From: Eledone cirrhosa
Lineage: Eukaryota
Direction of reading: 5' to 3'
Length of the DNA stretch: 64,000 nucleotides
Assembly: GCA_964016885.1 (NCBI GenBank)
Contig: OZ024741.1
Coordinates: 133,982,001 to 134,046,000 of the forward strand
This document shows positions 12,533-24,996 of the stretch, in pieces (position 1 is the first letter of the stretch; the number at the start of each line of letters is the position of its first letter). The notes under the pieces were generated by a model. That model searched no databases and was not told the DNA's origin. It worked only from the letters and a program-made list of their open reading frames with translations. The translations under genes were made by a program, and so were the position numbers.

Positions 12533-14487
12533 GATACATCATAGAGAGGGTGGTTAAGAAACCTGGCGCGGGTGGGGCCCTGATCAATTTGGATCAATCT
12601 AAGGCATTTGATAGGGTCGACCATCGGTACTGGCGGCAGTCCTCGAAGCGGCCGGTTTCGGGCCCATTTTCAGGGGTTGGATCGCTGCGATGCACAGCGA
12701 CATCTGCTCAGTTATGAAGGTGAACAGCATCATGCGTTCGGTCCGCCAGGGTTGTCCCCCCTCTCCCCCTCGTCGCTCTTGTACTTATTGGCCATAGAGC
12801 CGTTACTGCACAAACTGGATGCGATGAGAGGCGTCCCACGCGAACTGGGATGTTAGAGATCCGTATCGGCTTACGCCGACGACGTCACCGTGGTGGTGTC
12901 AAGCACTGGATATGTCCAGATGCTTGGCACCGCTCTCAAGGAATATGAAGCAGTGACAGGAGCAAAGTTAAACCAGGAAAAGTCGGTGGGTTTGCAGCTC
13001 GCAAGTCCATGCCGTCCGACAGCATCGTGGGGCGCTGGACGGGAGGACCGATTAAATTGCTCGAGGTCTGGTTCGGTCCGGACCTCCAAATGGAGAAAAA
13101 CTGGAGCGAGGTGATGAGCAGGGTGGCCTCTCTCACCCAGAAATGGGCCGAGAAGAAGCTGTCCCTGAAAGGTCGGGCAGAGGTAGCGAATGCGTTCATC
13201 GCATCCGTCATCTGCTACTGCCTAACCGTTGTGCCTTGCCCCGGCCCAAATCTGACAAAAATGGAGCGCCTACTCTTCCGCTTTTTATGGAAGGGACGTA
13301 CTCCCATGGTCAGATGATCCATCTGCTGTCAGCACCCGTTGCGTGGAGGACTGGGTATGCTGTGGCTGATGATGCGCAAATTGCGCTGAGGCTGTGACAT
13401 CTCTGGTGCTTCCTTGACGGTGAACAGGTGTGGTCGCCGTTTAGCAGACGTGTTTTCCCCCAACTCGTCTCATTAACGGAGCTGCAGTCCTGGATCAGGA
13501 AAAGACCGAGGGATAACGCTTGGAAGCTGGAATGTCTCCAAGCGCTCACAGCCTTCTGTCAGCTGGGCACTAGTATCGGTGGAACATCCACCTCAGCGTT
13601 CTATAGAGGACTGTAGAGGGGAAGAGAGACGACGTTCACGTCGAAGATGATCAGCTGTTCGCTCTCTTCAAGAGAACTTTCAGCTCGAGGCCTATGGACA
13701 ACTTCCAGAAATCCCTGGCCTGGCAGTGCTACCGGGGAGCGTTGCCGGTTCGGGATAAGCTCTACAGGCACGGAAGTGCTGTCAGCCGAACCTGTCCGAG
13801 ATGCGCACAGGGCGACGAAACAGTTGTGCACGCATTCGTTCAGTGTCCGAACATTGCTGACTTGTGGAGCTATGTCTAACTTTTGATGTCATGTGTAGGA
13901 CGGATCCGGTTATCCATTGTGCAGATAGTCCCACCGTCCTCCTTTAAGGAGGAGCAAGGGCAGACAGTTTTCATCTCCCTGGTGGCCATAGCGAAAGAGA
14001 TTGTATGGTGGACAAAGTTGAAAGGATTGAAGACGGACACTTTCCTCTTCGGTGAATCCCTGATTAACTTTTTCAAATTTCACTTGAAGAGGACAATCAG
14101 GGTGGGGAGGCAAGTGCTATCTTCTAGTAAGTTTGTTGAACGGTGTATGAAAGTGGCGAATCTGGTTCGAGTGAACAGGCCCGTTCTGAGTATGCGCCTG
14201 TAGACTGAGGAGTGGGAGAACTGAGAGAGGGTGTTTGCCCTGGTGGTCAGGGTGGCCGTGATCTTTTGTGTGGTTTTCACCACGAACGAGTGACCCTCGG
14301 AGGATTCCCCTATTGGGGAATTTTTGTTGTTTGAATTTTTTTGATTTGTTTTTACACATTTCTATCTTCTTGTTATAACCTTTTCACACGGCCCAAACCC
14401 TATTTGTATCGTCATGTACCGTTCTGTGTCGTCTGTAATGTTTTTATTCATGTGGCCAATAAAGAAACCATTATTATTATTATTATA
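12533..14487 (+). mobile_element. 5'-truncated Tx1/L1-clade LINE (copy A), (ATT)n tail
   Basis: LDQSKAFDRVDH, AYADDVT, CPRCAQGDETVVHAFVQC zinc finger, AATAAA then (ATT)n; colinear with 42597-44602. Confidence 0.9.
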
Positions 14488-14690
14488 GGGCGGTGGATTG
14501 GCAGTATCGGTAGAGGGTCGGACGCCATGCTTTGACGCATTGAGTTACGGTCCTTGCCATTCTGAGTTCAAATCCCACAAAGGTAAACTTTGCCTTTCAT
14601 CCTTACGGGGTCGATAAAATAAAGTACCAGTAATATACTGGGTAATTTCTGACCTTGTGCCAAAAGTAGAAACAATTATTATTATTATTT
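14488..14690 (+). mobile_element. tRNA-derived SINE with cephalopod-type core
   Basis: B-box-like gagttcaaatcc, core aactttgcctttcatcc..ggggtcgataaaataaagtacc, (ATT)n tail; siblings at 23.1 and 39.0 kb. Confidence 0.75.
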
Positions 14691-14763
14691 TATTTTATTT
14701 TAAGCGAAATTATTAAACGATGCAACGGTGGTATAAAAAAGTCGTTGACGCAGATGACTTCAT

Positions 14764-15620
14764 TATATATTAATTTCAACAATGTCATTATTCCGTGTGT
14801 CATAATTCTCGATTATCATTGGTTCATAGGTTTCAAACGACTACGCCCACCTCAACGACGCCAAACTTAAATTAATATGCATAATGCCAATGGGGGAGTG
14901 AGAAGGGAGAGTAAGAAACAGAGAGGCAAAGTGAACGCTGTAACTATTACCATGTGTACGTGTGTATGTACGTGCGCGTATGTTTATGTGTGTATGCGTG
15001 CGTGCAGCGTTCCACAGAAAGTAAAAGCAATTCGACTTTATCAAGCAGTGAACTACAGCGGCGACGGCGTGCAGCCAGGAATGAAGAAAAACGGGCCGAA
15101 CAGCGCCATCGGAACGCCGAACTTCAGAGGCGAAGACGTGCCGCCATGAATGAAGAGGAGCTGGCTGAACAAACGCCAACGAAACACTGGAGCCAAGCAG
15201 CGACGGCGTGCTGCGATGGTTGAAGACGAACTGGCTGAGTATAATCTTTTATATTAATTATCTATATCTATATCTACATATAATATAAAAGATTGGAACT
15301 TCCATCATCCTTTTGAGAAACGTGGAACAACCACGTCTATGCAATGATACACGTTTTACAGTTAGGAAGAAGATGAACCACCTCCCAGAGGTCATTATTC
15401 TAGGTGGGAGCACCTAGAATTGTTCATATACTATGCACAAACGGTACAACGAAGAATCTGGTATACTGAAAGATTTTTTTTACTGTTTTTTTGTATCACA
15501 GACACCAAGGACTTGCCTCATACTTTAACCAGACAAACATCCAATACAGTCATTTTCTCTTTTACCTGTCTTCTCTTATCATTTTTTACCCGGGCGAAGC
15601 TGGGTACGTACGTCAGCTAG
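14764..15620 (+). mobile_element. Non-autonomous Helitron-like element, copy 1
   Basis: 3' hairpin acccgggcgaagctgggt followed by CTAG|T; internal Arg/Glu-rich repeated coding-like piece (LQRRRRAA twice). Confidence 0.75.
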
Positions 15621-16416
15621 TCTATATATTAATTTCAACAATGTCATTATTCCGTGTGTTATAATTCTCGATTATCATTGGTTCATAGGTTTCAAACGAC
15701 TCCGCCCACCTCAGCGACGCCAAACTTAAATTAATAAGCATAATGCCAATGAGGGAGTGAGAGGGGAGAGTGTGAACGTTGTGTTCAATAACTATTAACA
15801 TGTGTGCGTGTGTATCTACGTGCGCGTATGTTTATGTGTGTATGCGTGCGTGCAGCGTTCCACAGAAAGTAAAAACTATCAACATGTGTGAGTGTGTGCG
15901 TGTATAAGTTTGCGTGCGTGTGCGCGTTTCCATGCGTGTATGTGTGTGGCGTTCCACAATCGCCACGCTGTTTATTTGTCTGTGTGCCTGTCTGTCAGTC
16001 TAACATACACAGAGTTGTGAAGGGAGTAAATAGGGACCTTTTTTTACATTGACGGACATCTTTTATATTAATTATCTATATCCACATATAATATAAAAGA
16101 TTGGAACTTCCATCATCCTTTTGAGAAACGTGGAACAACCACGTCTATGCAATGATACACGTTTTACAGGCAGGCAGAAGATTAACCATCTCCTAGAGGT
16201 CACTGTTTTAGGTGGGAGCACCTAGAATTGTTCGTATACTAATCACAAACGGTACAACGAAGAATCTGGTATATCTGGAAGATTTTTTTTTTACTGTTTT
16301 CTATATCACACAGATACCACGGACTCACCTCATACTGTAACCAGACAGTCATTTTCTCTTTTACCTGTCTTCTCTTATCATCTGTTTACCCGGGCGAAGC
16401 TGGGTACGTCAGCTAG
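15621..16416 (+). mobile_element. Non-autonomous Helitron-like element, copy 2 (head-to-tail)
   Basis: Starts with TC immediately after the CTAG of copy 1; shares 5' and 3' blocks; same terminal hairpin and CTAG|T at 16413-16417. Confidence 0.8.
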
Positions 16417-16960
16417 TCTTTACTAATTGAGAACGCACATTTCGCTACAATGTCTAACAGGCGACGCGGCTATTGAATTGCAGGTTTTGAAGGTAAATGT
16501 AATAAAGCCGAATTGTTATACGGGGTATAAAACAGTTAAGTGGGGTATAAAACTCTACTAACACTCAATTTACTATAAATCTGGAGTCTACACAGAAGAT
16601 TATCAAGGATAGAATTGTCTGAGAAATTTGGAAAATGAAAATGCTTAATTCAGACATTTAATGTAGAAAGTGAAACGGTTATGCTTTAAATTAAATATAT
16701 AAACAACATTTGTGTTTATAAACAATTTATTCTGTTGATCTTTACAGGTTAACAAGGAAATCTATCTTTTCGTTTTCTAAATTCCTCGTCCAAGTTCAAT
16801 AGGTTTAATTCTTTTCGAGACCTGAAAAGGACATAGTTACTTTAAGCTCATCTTTTATTGTTAACAAACATCGTGTATACGTAGCCGATCTCTCTGACTT
16901 TTACGAAATGCTGAGGAGGTAAAGTGAATATAAAGAACGGTGTGCCCATGCCTAGAGATT

Positions 16961-17120
16961 CTATAAAATAGCTTATAAAATAGGGTAAAGATCCTTAAAA
17001 GAAGTTATCGGCCGCTACGAGGAATCGAAACCCCAGTATTTGGGGTTCGATTCCTCGTAGCGGCCGACTTCTTTTCCCGTCTTTAAGGGTCTTCGCCCTA
17101 TTTTATAAGCTATTTTATAG
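16961..17120. repeat. 160-bp fold-back with a tRNA T-arm/B-box-like motif in each arm
   Basis: ctataaaatagcttataaaataggg / ccctattttataagctattttatag outer arms; tcggccgctacgaggaatcgaa / ttcgattcctcgtagcggccga inner arms; 5-nt loop. Confidence 0.85.
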
Positions 17121-18229
17121 TAGCTCCGCGCACGCGTGCATCTTTTTGCCAATTCTTTTAAATACATAAAATTAATTAGACGAACAGTTTTTTTTCTTAT
17201 TAGGCTTCATGTCAATGCTGATTGATTAAACCTATACTCGTGGTCTTGGTGGTGTTATCTTAAAGGTAACAGCGGTATTGTGTTCTTTATTTTCTCCGCA
17301 GGTTAAAACTGAGATATGCTGTCCAGCCAAGTTTCCATATCTCTCCTTTCCCCCTTTTTCTTTTCTATTTCTCTTTCTTTTTGTTGTTATGATATGATAC
17401 TGTAAATCTATCTATCTTCTATAATATTAAAGTCGGTGTTTCTGGGCAGTTCTCTTCCTCCCTCAAACTTTTCTCCTGGATCCTACTCCTGTCATACGTA
17501 CAGCTTCACTCTTCGGACCCAACAACCGCTCGTTTCAGCTGCACCTCCATGGGCCTCGTGTATGGGCTCCGTTACACTCTATGCGAGGCCATCTACATTG
17601 ACCCTCAATGAGTCAAACATGATTGAAGGCATTCCAGCAATGACATTTCCATATTATTATTCAAGGATAATGCTTCTAAGACCTCATCATTCAACATATC
17701 CTCTTAAAAGTTAGAATTTATGTTGGATAATATTTATTTGTCTGGTAATAGAACAAGGGAAAGAACTCGTACAAGTCTTCTGTATGCTTAAAGAGTTTAA
17801 TTTCCTTTGACTATCAAATTGAGCGGATCTAAGTATTATAGTAAACGTTGCCCAATTTCAATACATCTAGGCGGCTTTCCCAGTATTATCACCGCTTATA
17901 TAGATGAGACAGGCACTGTTAATCTCTTCAGTTGTCGTCCAGTACTAAACAGTCTCTCATATAAATATCTGTATTGTAAATATGCTATGGCAAAAGTTTG
18001 GTGCTTTCAATTAATCGATATGTAATTTTGCTTGTACTGATTCCTTTGACTCTATGTCGTCATCCAATTATATTATTCATCATATTCAACAGGTCAGAGG
18101 GATTGTAGTTTATGTCGTCACACATCTGCTTTGGTATAGCTCTTGGCTTGCCGTCTTCTGCTGGCTCCTCTTTGTGTAGGCTCCCACAAAAGAACTTGAC
18201 AAACAATTTCGTCTTTTGATCTCCAGCAA

Positions 18230-18410
18230 TACCTCTCAAAATATTGACTTTATCTGTATTCAAGAGCACTGCATAGATCACGAAAATCTTGATCTCAAAT
18301 ATCAAGGAAGAGGATTGACCATGGTTTCAGCCCCAGCATGGAAAAATTCAATCAATTCCGTAATTGGAGGTGTAGGAGTGCTACTAAACCCTTGTGCAAT
18401 GAACACTTTT
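18230..18410 (+). mobile_element. LINE APE endonuclease N-terminal fragment
   Basis: NIDFICIQEH and AWKNSINSVIGGVGVLL motifs. Confidence 0.6.
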
Positions 18411-19079
18411 GTACTTTGACTCTCTTTAACCCTGATCCAACAGACCTTTACTAGAAATTATCATCCTATATCTTATTTTCCGTTTATACGTCAACCTTAT
18501 CTAATGCAACATTCCTTTTTAAAATGCTAAGGTGTAACCTCAAGGAGATTTGATTGTTATTTCTATTTGGTCGAATGACCACTTTGAGATATCCCCATTG
18601 TCTCATGGTTTAGATATGATTACTTTCCTTTTTAAACAAAAAACCTATCTTCAAAAAGTTTAAATTCTATTTTGAATATAAGAATTAGTAATATTATATT
18701 TTCAATATATTTTTTCTAATTTAATTAATGGTTTCCCGATTTAGGCCAACAATTTGTTTATTGCTCTCTATAGATTTTTATTTTCATTTTCATTTGTTTA
18801 TTCTTAATAGTAAAACTTATTGTAAATGCAATTTTTAACTCCAAATATTTGCTTTTAATAGTCTTTTTTCGTATTATAAACATTAAAAATATATAAAGCA
18901 AATTTTCTTTTAGATTTTATAGCATCACTGTATACAAAAACAGTCAGTATTATCTGAACCACTAGACATCACAACTACAGCTGTATACATTGAATATATC
19001 TAGTCGATACCATAAATGTGTTTTGATCTGTGTAACTAATAGATTCAAGAACAATTTGTTTTCAGTTGAGGCATCAATA

Positions 19080-20520
19080 AAACCCCATTCCTAGATCTGG
19101 CCTTATTGTGATGAGGGGGCTTGTGTGTTCCGAAAATCTGAGAGAACATTGCTGTCTGGAGCTTTGCTCCTGGTAGGGCCACCCTAGGTGGGCCTGTCTT
19201 GTGAGAAGGTTCCAGGCCAATGGTAACCCATAGCACATTGTCTCACCACCAAGATGGCAGCCCTATCATCCAACTATTCTGCAGAGGGCCAACAATCCAC
19301 CCAGTAGATCCCTCAACCTGTTACAAAACCGACTAGAAGAAACCGGTCTTTCCAACATCAGAGAAGACACCTGCATACCCCCCACCAATGAGAAATTGAC
19401 TCATGCTACAAAATTTGTGTTGTCACATGAAATATTCTGTTGCTTCTTTGCCCTGGGGCAGCCACTCTGCTGTCCTGAGAGCTATCCCACTACAACATCA
19501 CACTGGTGGAACTCTGCAAGACATGCTGGCTTAACAGTGGCAAATTTATTGCAGGAGACCGCTACCCCATCTGAAGTGGCTCTGAGGACCCGATGAGCCT
19601 CTACGGTGTGGAACTGGCCATGCCCAAGCATGTCCGCAAGTTGCTTATCAGCTGGAATCTGGTGAGTGACCATTTACTGCTCACTCGTTTTCTCCACCAA
19701 CACGAGAAGATGACCATAATTATTGACTATGCCCCTACAGATGTCACAGAGGACACTGTCAAAGACAACTACTATGACCAGCTCCAACAGGTTTTAGGAC
19801 AAATCTCCTATGATATCATGATCATCCTGACAGACGCCAATGCTACCATCTCCTCTTCTGCCAGGTTCCCTCCAACAGACCAATTGCAGACCCATGCCAT
19901 GGCACAACCTTCACTGACCCATCCACCAATGACAACGGTAATTACCTGCTGCTCCCGTTCTGCTACAACAATCTCTGTATTGCCAATACCTGGTTCACGG
20001 GCAAACTCAACTTCCATCACTGGATTTGGTATAGTCCTGACGGTTACACCCGGAAGGCAATCAACTACATCCTCATCTCCTAGCACTGGAGGTCATTTGT
20101 CACCAACTGCTGGGTCTACACAAGAGCTCAACTCGACAATATCAACCATCAATTGCTGGCTGTGACACAGCAGTTGAGGTTGTTTGAGGACCCTGCCACC
20201 AAGTATCATCCCCACCTTGACTCACCCTGTCTCTGTGATTCCAACATCGCCTCTACATTTATGTGCTCCATCACCAATTACAAGGACAAGACCAACAATT
20301 GGGAGATCTTTTAATCAAGCATCAACCAGTCTGTGCATGACATCCTGGTAAACTCAAGACCTCTCCCAAAGGGCCCTATATTTCACTGCAGATGCTGGAG
20401 ATAATCAATTGTCACTGCAAGTCTCACCTGCATGGTAACATGAATGAGTATTGCTGGCTCAACCGGATATACAATAAAGCGATCATGAAGTTTTGGACAG
20501 AAGAAGCTGAGCATCTGTAA
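19080..20520 (+). mobile_element. RTE LINE 5' UTR and decayed APE endonuclease
   Basis: 5' motif ctggtagggccaccc; GVELAM, LLLTRF, YAPTD, DIMIILTDANA endonuclease motifs across frameshifts. Confidence 0.7.
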
Positions 20521-20678
20521 ACGTTGGCGTTAGGAAGGGCATCCAGCCGTAGAAAACCCGCCAGACAGTCCTATACGAACAAGACAACCAATCTTGCCTC
20601 AAGTGGGAACATTCCCATCCAAACCCATGCAAGCATGGAAGATGGATGTTAAACGATGATGATGATGATGATGATATG
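20521..20678 (+). mobile_element. Short RTE 3'-end insertion with (GAT)n tail
   Basis: ggcgttaggaagggcatccagccgtagaaaacc...gatggatgttaaacgatgatgat is the reverse complement of the 25205-25350 terminus. Confidence 0.8.
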
Positions 20679-22748
20679 ATGAAACCTTTAGCGGCCAATA
20701 GTGGTATAAGCTCTCTGAACTTTTTCCATCCCATTCTGACTCCGTTATAGATTGGAGGGCGATAATAAATAGGAGGGGGCTAAGGACAGAGCCCTGATGA
20801 ACACCAACTTTTACGCTAAATTCTTCACTATATTCGTTGTTAATTCTAACCTTGCTGACTGTTTCTTTATACATGGCTTGTATAGCTCTCACAAGCCATT
20901 CATCAACACCTAGTTTTCTAAGCACCCACCAGATAATGGAGCGGGGGACTCTGTCAAAGGTTTTCTCCAAGTCAACAAAAGTTAAGCATAGGGGTTTACT
21001 TTTAGCTAGGTACTTCTGTAGTTGTTGTACAAGGAAAAGAGCGTCTGTGGTACTTTTACCTGACACAAACCCAAACTGCATTTCATCTAGATCAATTTGC
21101 TCTCTGATTAGTTGCGCTATAACTCTTTCTGTGACCTTCATGACCTGGTCAATTAATTTAATGCCTCTATAGTTTCCCCTATCTAGGACATCTCCTTTAC
21201 CCTTGTAGCAGTTAATGATGATGCTGCTACACCAGTCATTTGGTATGGCCCCATTCTGTATGACTTGGATTGCTATCCGGGTGACCATAGTGTGTCCCAC
21301 CAATCCAGATGCTTTCAGCATTTCAGCAACTATCTCCGAAGGCCCAGCTGCCTTGCCTGTCTTCATATCTTTGATTGCCGAACTTGCATTGCTGGTCCCT
21401 CTATTGGATCGATTTGGGACAGGCTATCTTTTTCCCATTTATTCTCCTCATTTAGTAGCCTCTCGTAGTGACACTTCCAAGCTACCTTCTTATCAGCATC
21501 AGTGATGGCAAGTACACCATCATCATTATGGACACACTTCTCCCCGACAATATCACGGTTTTCCTTGACACATTGTCTAGCAATCCTGAACACCTCACGT
21601 TTTTGGTCCTCGCATTGTAGAACATGCTTGAACTTTCTTTCTTCTGCTTCCCTTCTTGCAAAGTACACTTGTCTCCTAGCTTCCCTCCTGGCCACTTGAT
21701 AGTGTTCTCTACTTCCCCCATCCCACCATACTTTCCAAGCTTGCTTTTTGGCCTTGATTGACTCCTCCACTTTACTGTTCCGCCACCATGTTACTCTCCT
21801 CTTGCCTATAGGTCTGCTCCAGCCACAGATTTCATCTGTTGCCTTCAGCAGGTTAACTTTCAGGAATTCCCACTGTTCCTCTATATTGTACGCCTCTAAT
21901 TGCTCTTCCTTACTGTCAAAAGCATCAAGTAATATGCTTTTAAATTTGTTACTGGCTGTGGGGTCCTTTAACTTCCATATTCTTCTTCTCAGGGTAGTCC
22001 TCCTCTGTTGTCGAGTACGTCTCGTCCTGACTATGAGGTCACTAGCTATGGGGCTATGTTGGGAGGTGCATTCTTCACGGGGGAGGGTTTTAGTGTTTAC
22101 AACAGACACTTTGTCACGTCTTCTGGTAAGGATATAATCTATCTGACTGGCGTGTCCCCCTGATCTATAGGTGATCAAGTGATTGTCTCGTTTTTTGAAG
22201 TTTGTGTTACAGATAGTTAGGTTATTAGCGTCACAGAATTCCAGTATTCTGAAGCCTTCCTCATTTCTAGTACCAAACCCATAGCCTCCATGGATTCCGC
22301 CATAGCCAGCACAATGTTGTCCAACATGACCATTTATGTCGCTAGCAATAATTATGTAGTCACTGTCGGTTATTTGGGAGGTAGTGAGCATTAGCGACTC
22401 ATAGAATCTGTCTTTTATAACGCCAGGCAGTTCAGATTGGGGTACGTAAGTGGATATTATTGTCACAGTAGTTCTATTTAGGACAAGTCTTATTTTAATT
22501 ATTCTGTCGTTCACTCTATTTACGTCAATTACCTTATCTACCCATTTTTCTGCTAACATAATTCCTACTCCACCCAGCCCATTTTCATTTCCCACCCAGA
22601 AAAGTTTATAGCATCGTTTTTTACCCACAATGAATCTAGCAGACCCACTCCTCCACTTAGTCTCTTGAACGCCACAAACATCAACTTCCTTACGTTCAAG
22701 CATCTCTACAACCTCGTTAGAGCGACCTTTTAAAGTGCCTACATTCAT
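20679..22748 (-). mobile_element. RTE-clade LINE, APE endonuclease plus RT (461-aa open segment, then frameshift and internal deletion)
   Basis: NVGTLKGR, CGVQETKW, QIDYIL, NYRGIKL, FVDLEKTFDRVP, GVHQGSVLSPLLF. Confidence 0.92.
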
Positions 22749-23099
22749 ATATATATATGTATATAATTACATATATGCTCATGTATGTAGATATATATAT
22801 ATTTGTATATATATATGTGTGTGTGTGTGCATGTGTGTGTATATATATGTGTGTGTATTTATGTATACGTTTATGTCTATTTTTCCTTCTTTTATAAACA
22901 TTTTTTATAAATTTTTATGAAGTTTATATTTTTCTCTTCATATATTTATGATCTAAAAATTTTTTTAAAATTAGTTTCTATAGTAATGTGCAAAGGTTGT
23001 TTGACGTTCTATTTCTGTAGTTGAACAACATCGCTTTTCTATACATATTGGCGTTATTTCCATTTTTTTAAAAAATGTATACACATTCTGTAACTGCTG

Positions 23100-23290
23100 G
23101 TTGTTGATTGCTTTGGTGAGAGTAGAGGGTCAGACGCCATGCTTTGCAAGCAAAGAGTTATGTCCCTTTATTGTCTGAGTTAAAATCCCGCCGAGGTTAA
23201 CCTTGCCTTTCATCCTTATGGGGTCGATTAAATAAAGTACCAATAATACACTGGGATAATTGCTAACCAAAAGTAGAAACAATTATTAAA
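23100..23290 (+). mobile_element. SINE, same family as 14488-14690
   Basis: gtagagggtcagacgccatgcttt, ccttgcctttcatcc..ggggtcgattaaataaagtacc, aaaagtagaaacaattatta. Confidence 0.7.
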
Positions 23291-24257
23291 TAACTGGTTT
23301 TGAAAAGTCCCAGGATGGGGCTGAAACGTTCGTAAATCAGCATTTAATGTATTAATTGTATTAGTGTCTATTTTAATGAATAATTTGCTTCTAGTGTAAT
23401 TGTTATTTTTAGCACAATAGGATTTTGTATACATGCCTTTTTGGAAAATTCTTTCAAAGGGGTATGATACATAGCCTTTTGTATTGCTGTTATAATAAAT
23501 TACTCTATTTTGAGCTGTATTTAACTTCTCCACCTATCCTTTTCATATTGCTTTTGTAAAAAACGATAAATGAAAAAGTTTAGTAAAACCCCATCTCTTT
23601 AGATCCAGGACATGTATGTGTGCATGTCTGCGTGAGCGTGTTTGTGTATGAGAACATGTCTGCGTGAACTTGTATGTGAGCTAACAACCAGGCTGAAGGC
23701 GAACCTGCCAGCCAGGATCTCAGCAGTCTCACTACTTGTCTTACCACTAGATCAAAGAGACTGCCTTGAAAGTTCTGTGAAAGTTAATCCTTATAAACCT
23801 ACTTTCCAATTTAATGGTTTAAAAAATGACAGCCGAGCATCAACCCTAGCTGCGATTAAACCCTTAATCAAGGAATCAACTATTTTGAAGGGTGTCTTAC
23901 CACTAGACCATTAAGACTGCAACAGAAGTTCAGTGAAATTTAATTCATAAAAACTTACTTCAAAAGTGCTGTAAAAATTAATCTATATAAAAACACACTT
24001 TTCATATAGATTTTTTTTCGACATTCCACAAAGCACACTTTTCATATAGATTTTTTATCGACACTTCCAAAAAACACACATTTCATATAGATTTTCTTTC
24101 GACTGTTCTTAAAACACACTTTTCATTGGCATCGCTAGGGATTTTCCCGCTCGCCTCGCAAGTCCTAGTGCTGTGTGCCTGGCTATAGTAGTCATCATCA
24201 TCATCATGTATATATAAATATACTCACACAAACGCACATATGTATATATATATATAT

Positions 24258-24678
24258 TAGTTTAGCGAGGTTTTTTATATGAAATCGTGTGTCGAAACAG
24301 ATATTGTTATATTTGGGGAGGGTCATATTTGCGTAATATTGCCAGAATTAATAACAGAACACACTCACTGTTTGGTTGGTTTTCGCTTCTCGCTGTCTTT
24401 TATATCTGCGATCTAACTTACTCGGTCCTCAATGTTGCCATTGACTGACCGGCGGTCAAAAATAATACAGATACAATATAGTATATTGTATACAGATACA
24501 ATATAGTATATTGTATCTGTATTATTTTTGACCGCCGGTCAGTCAATGGCAACATTGAGGACCGAGTAAGTTAGATCGCAGATATAAAAGACAGCGAGAA
24601 GCGAAAACCAACCAAACAGTGAGTGTGTTCTGTTATTAATTCTGGCAATATTACGCAAATATGACCCTCCCCAAATAT

Positions 24679-24686
<8 letters not shown>
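24258..24686. mobile_element. Fold-back element with about 180-bp apparently perfect arms, in (TA)n
   Basis: 24301-24480 is the reverse complement of about 24507-24686; duplicated centre; 43-bp unpaired tail on the left; (TA)n on both sides. Confidence 0.85.
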
Positions 24687-24717
<31 letters not shown>

Positions 24718-24757
24718 ATGATATTAAATAAATGGAAACTATATTTATAAAACCATA

Positions 24758-24820
24758 TTTATTCTATTATATATATTTCAAGGGTACCAAAACTTTGGTA
24801 CGCTTTCATCAGATAAAATA
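24758..24820 (-). ncRNA. Minimal type I hammerhead ribozyme (left arm, family A)
   Basis: Reverse complement of 24997-25061; TCATCAG at 24806-24812. Confidence 0.8.
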
Positions 24821-24996
24821 CAAAGTTTGTTTTATAAATTTTGACATAACCAAGAAAAGATACCTTAACGGTTCAAGTTTTTCTTGGATAGTCAATCCAA
24901 TTGGATAGTCAATCCAATTCTTGGATAGACTATCCAAGAAAAACTTGAACCGTTAAGGTATCTTTTCTTGGTTATGTCAAAATTTATAAAACAAAC

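Noticed and set aside
17040-17070. tRNA gene
   Set aside because: Only a T-arm-like motif is present, with no D arm, anticodon arm or cloverleaf.
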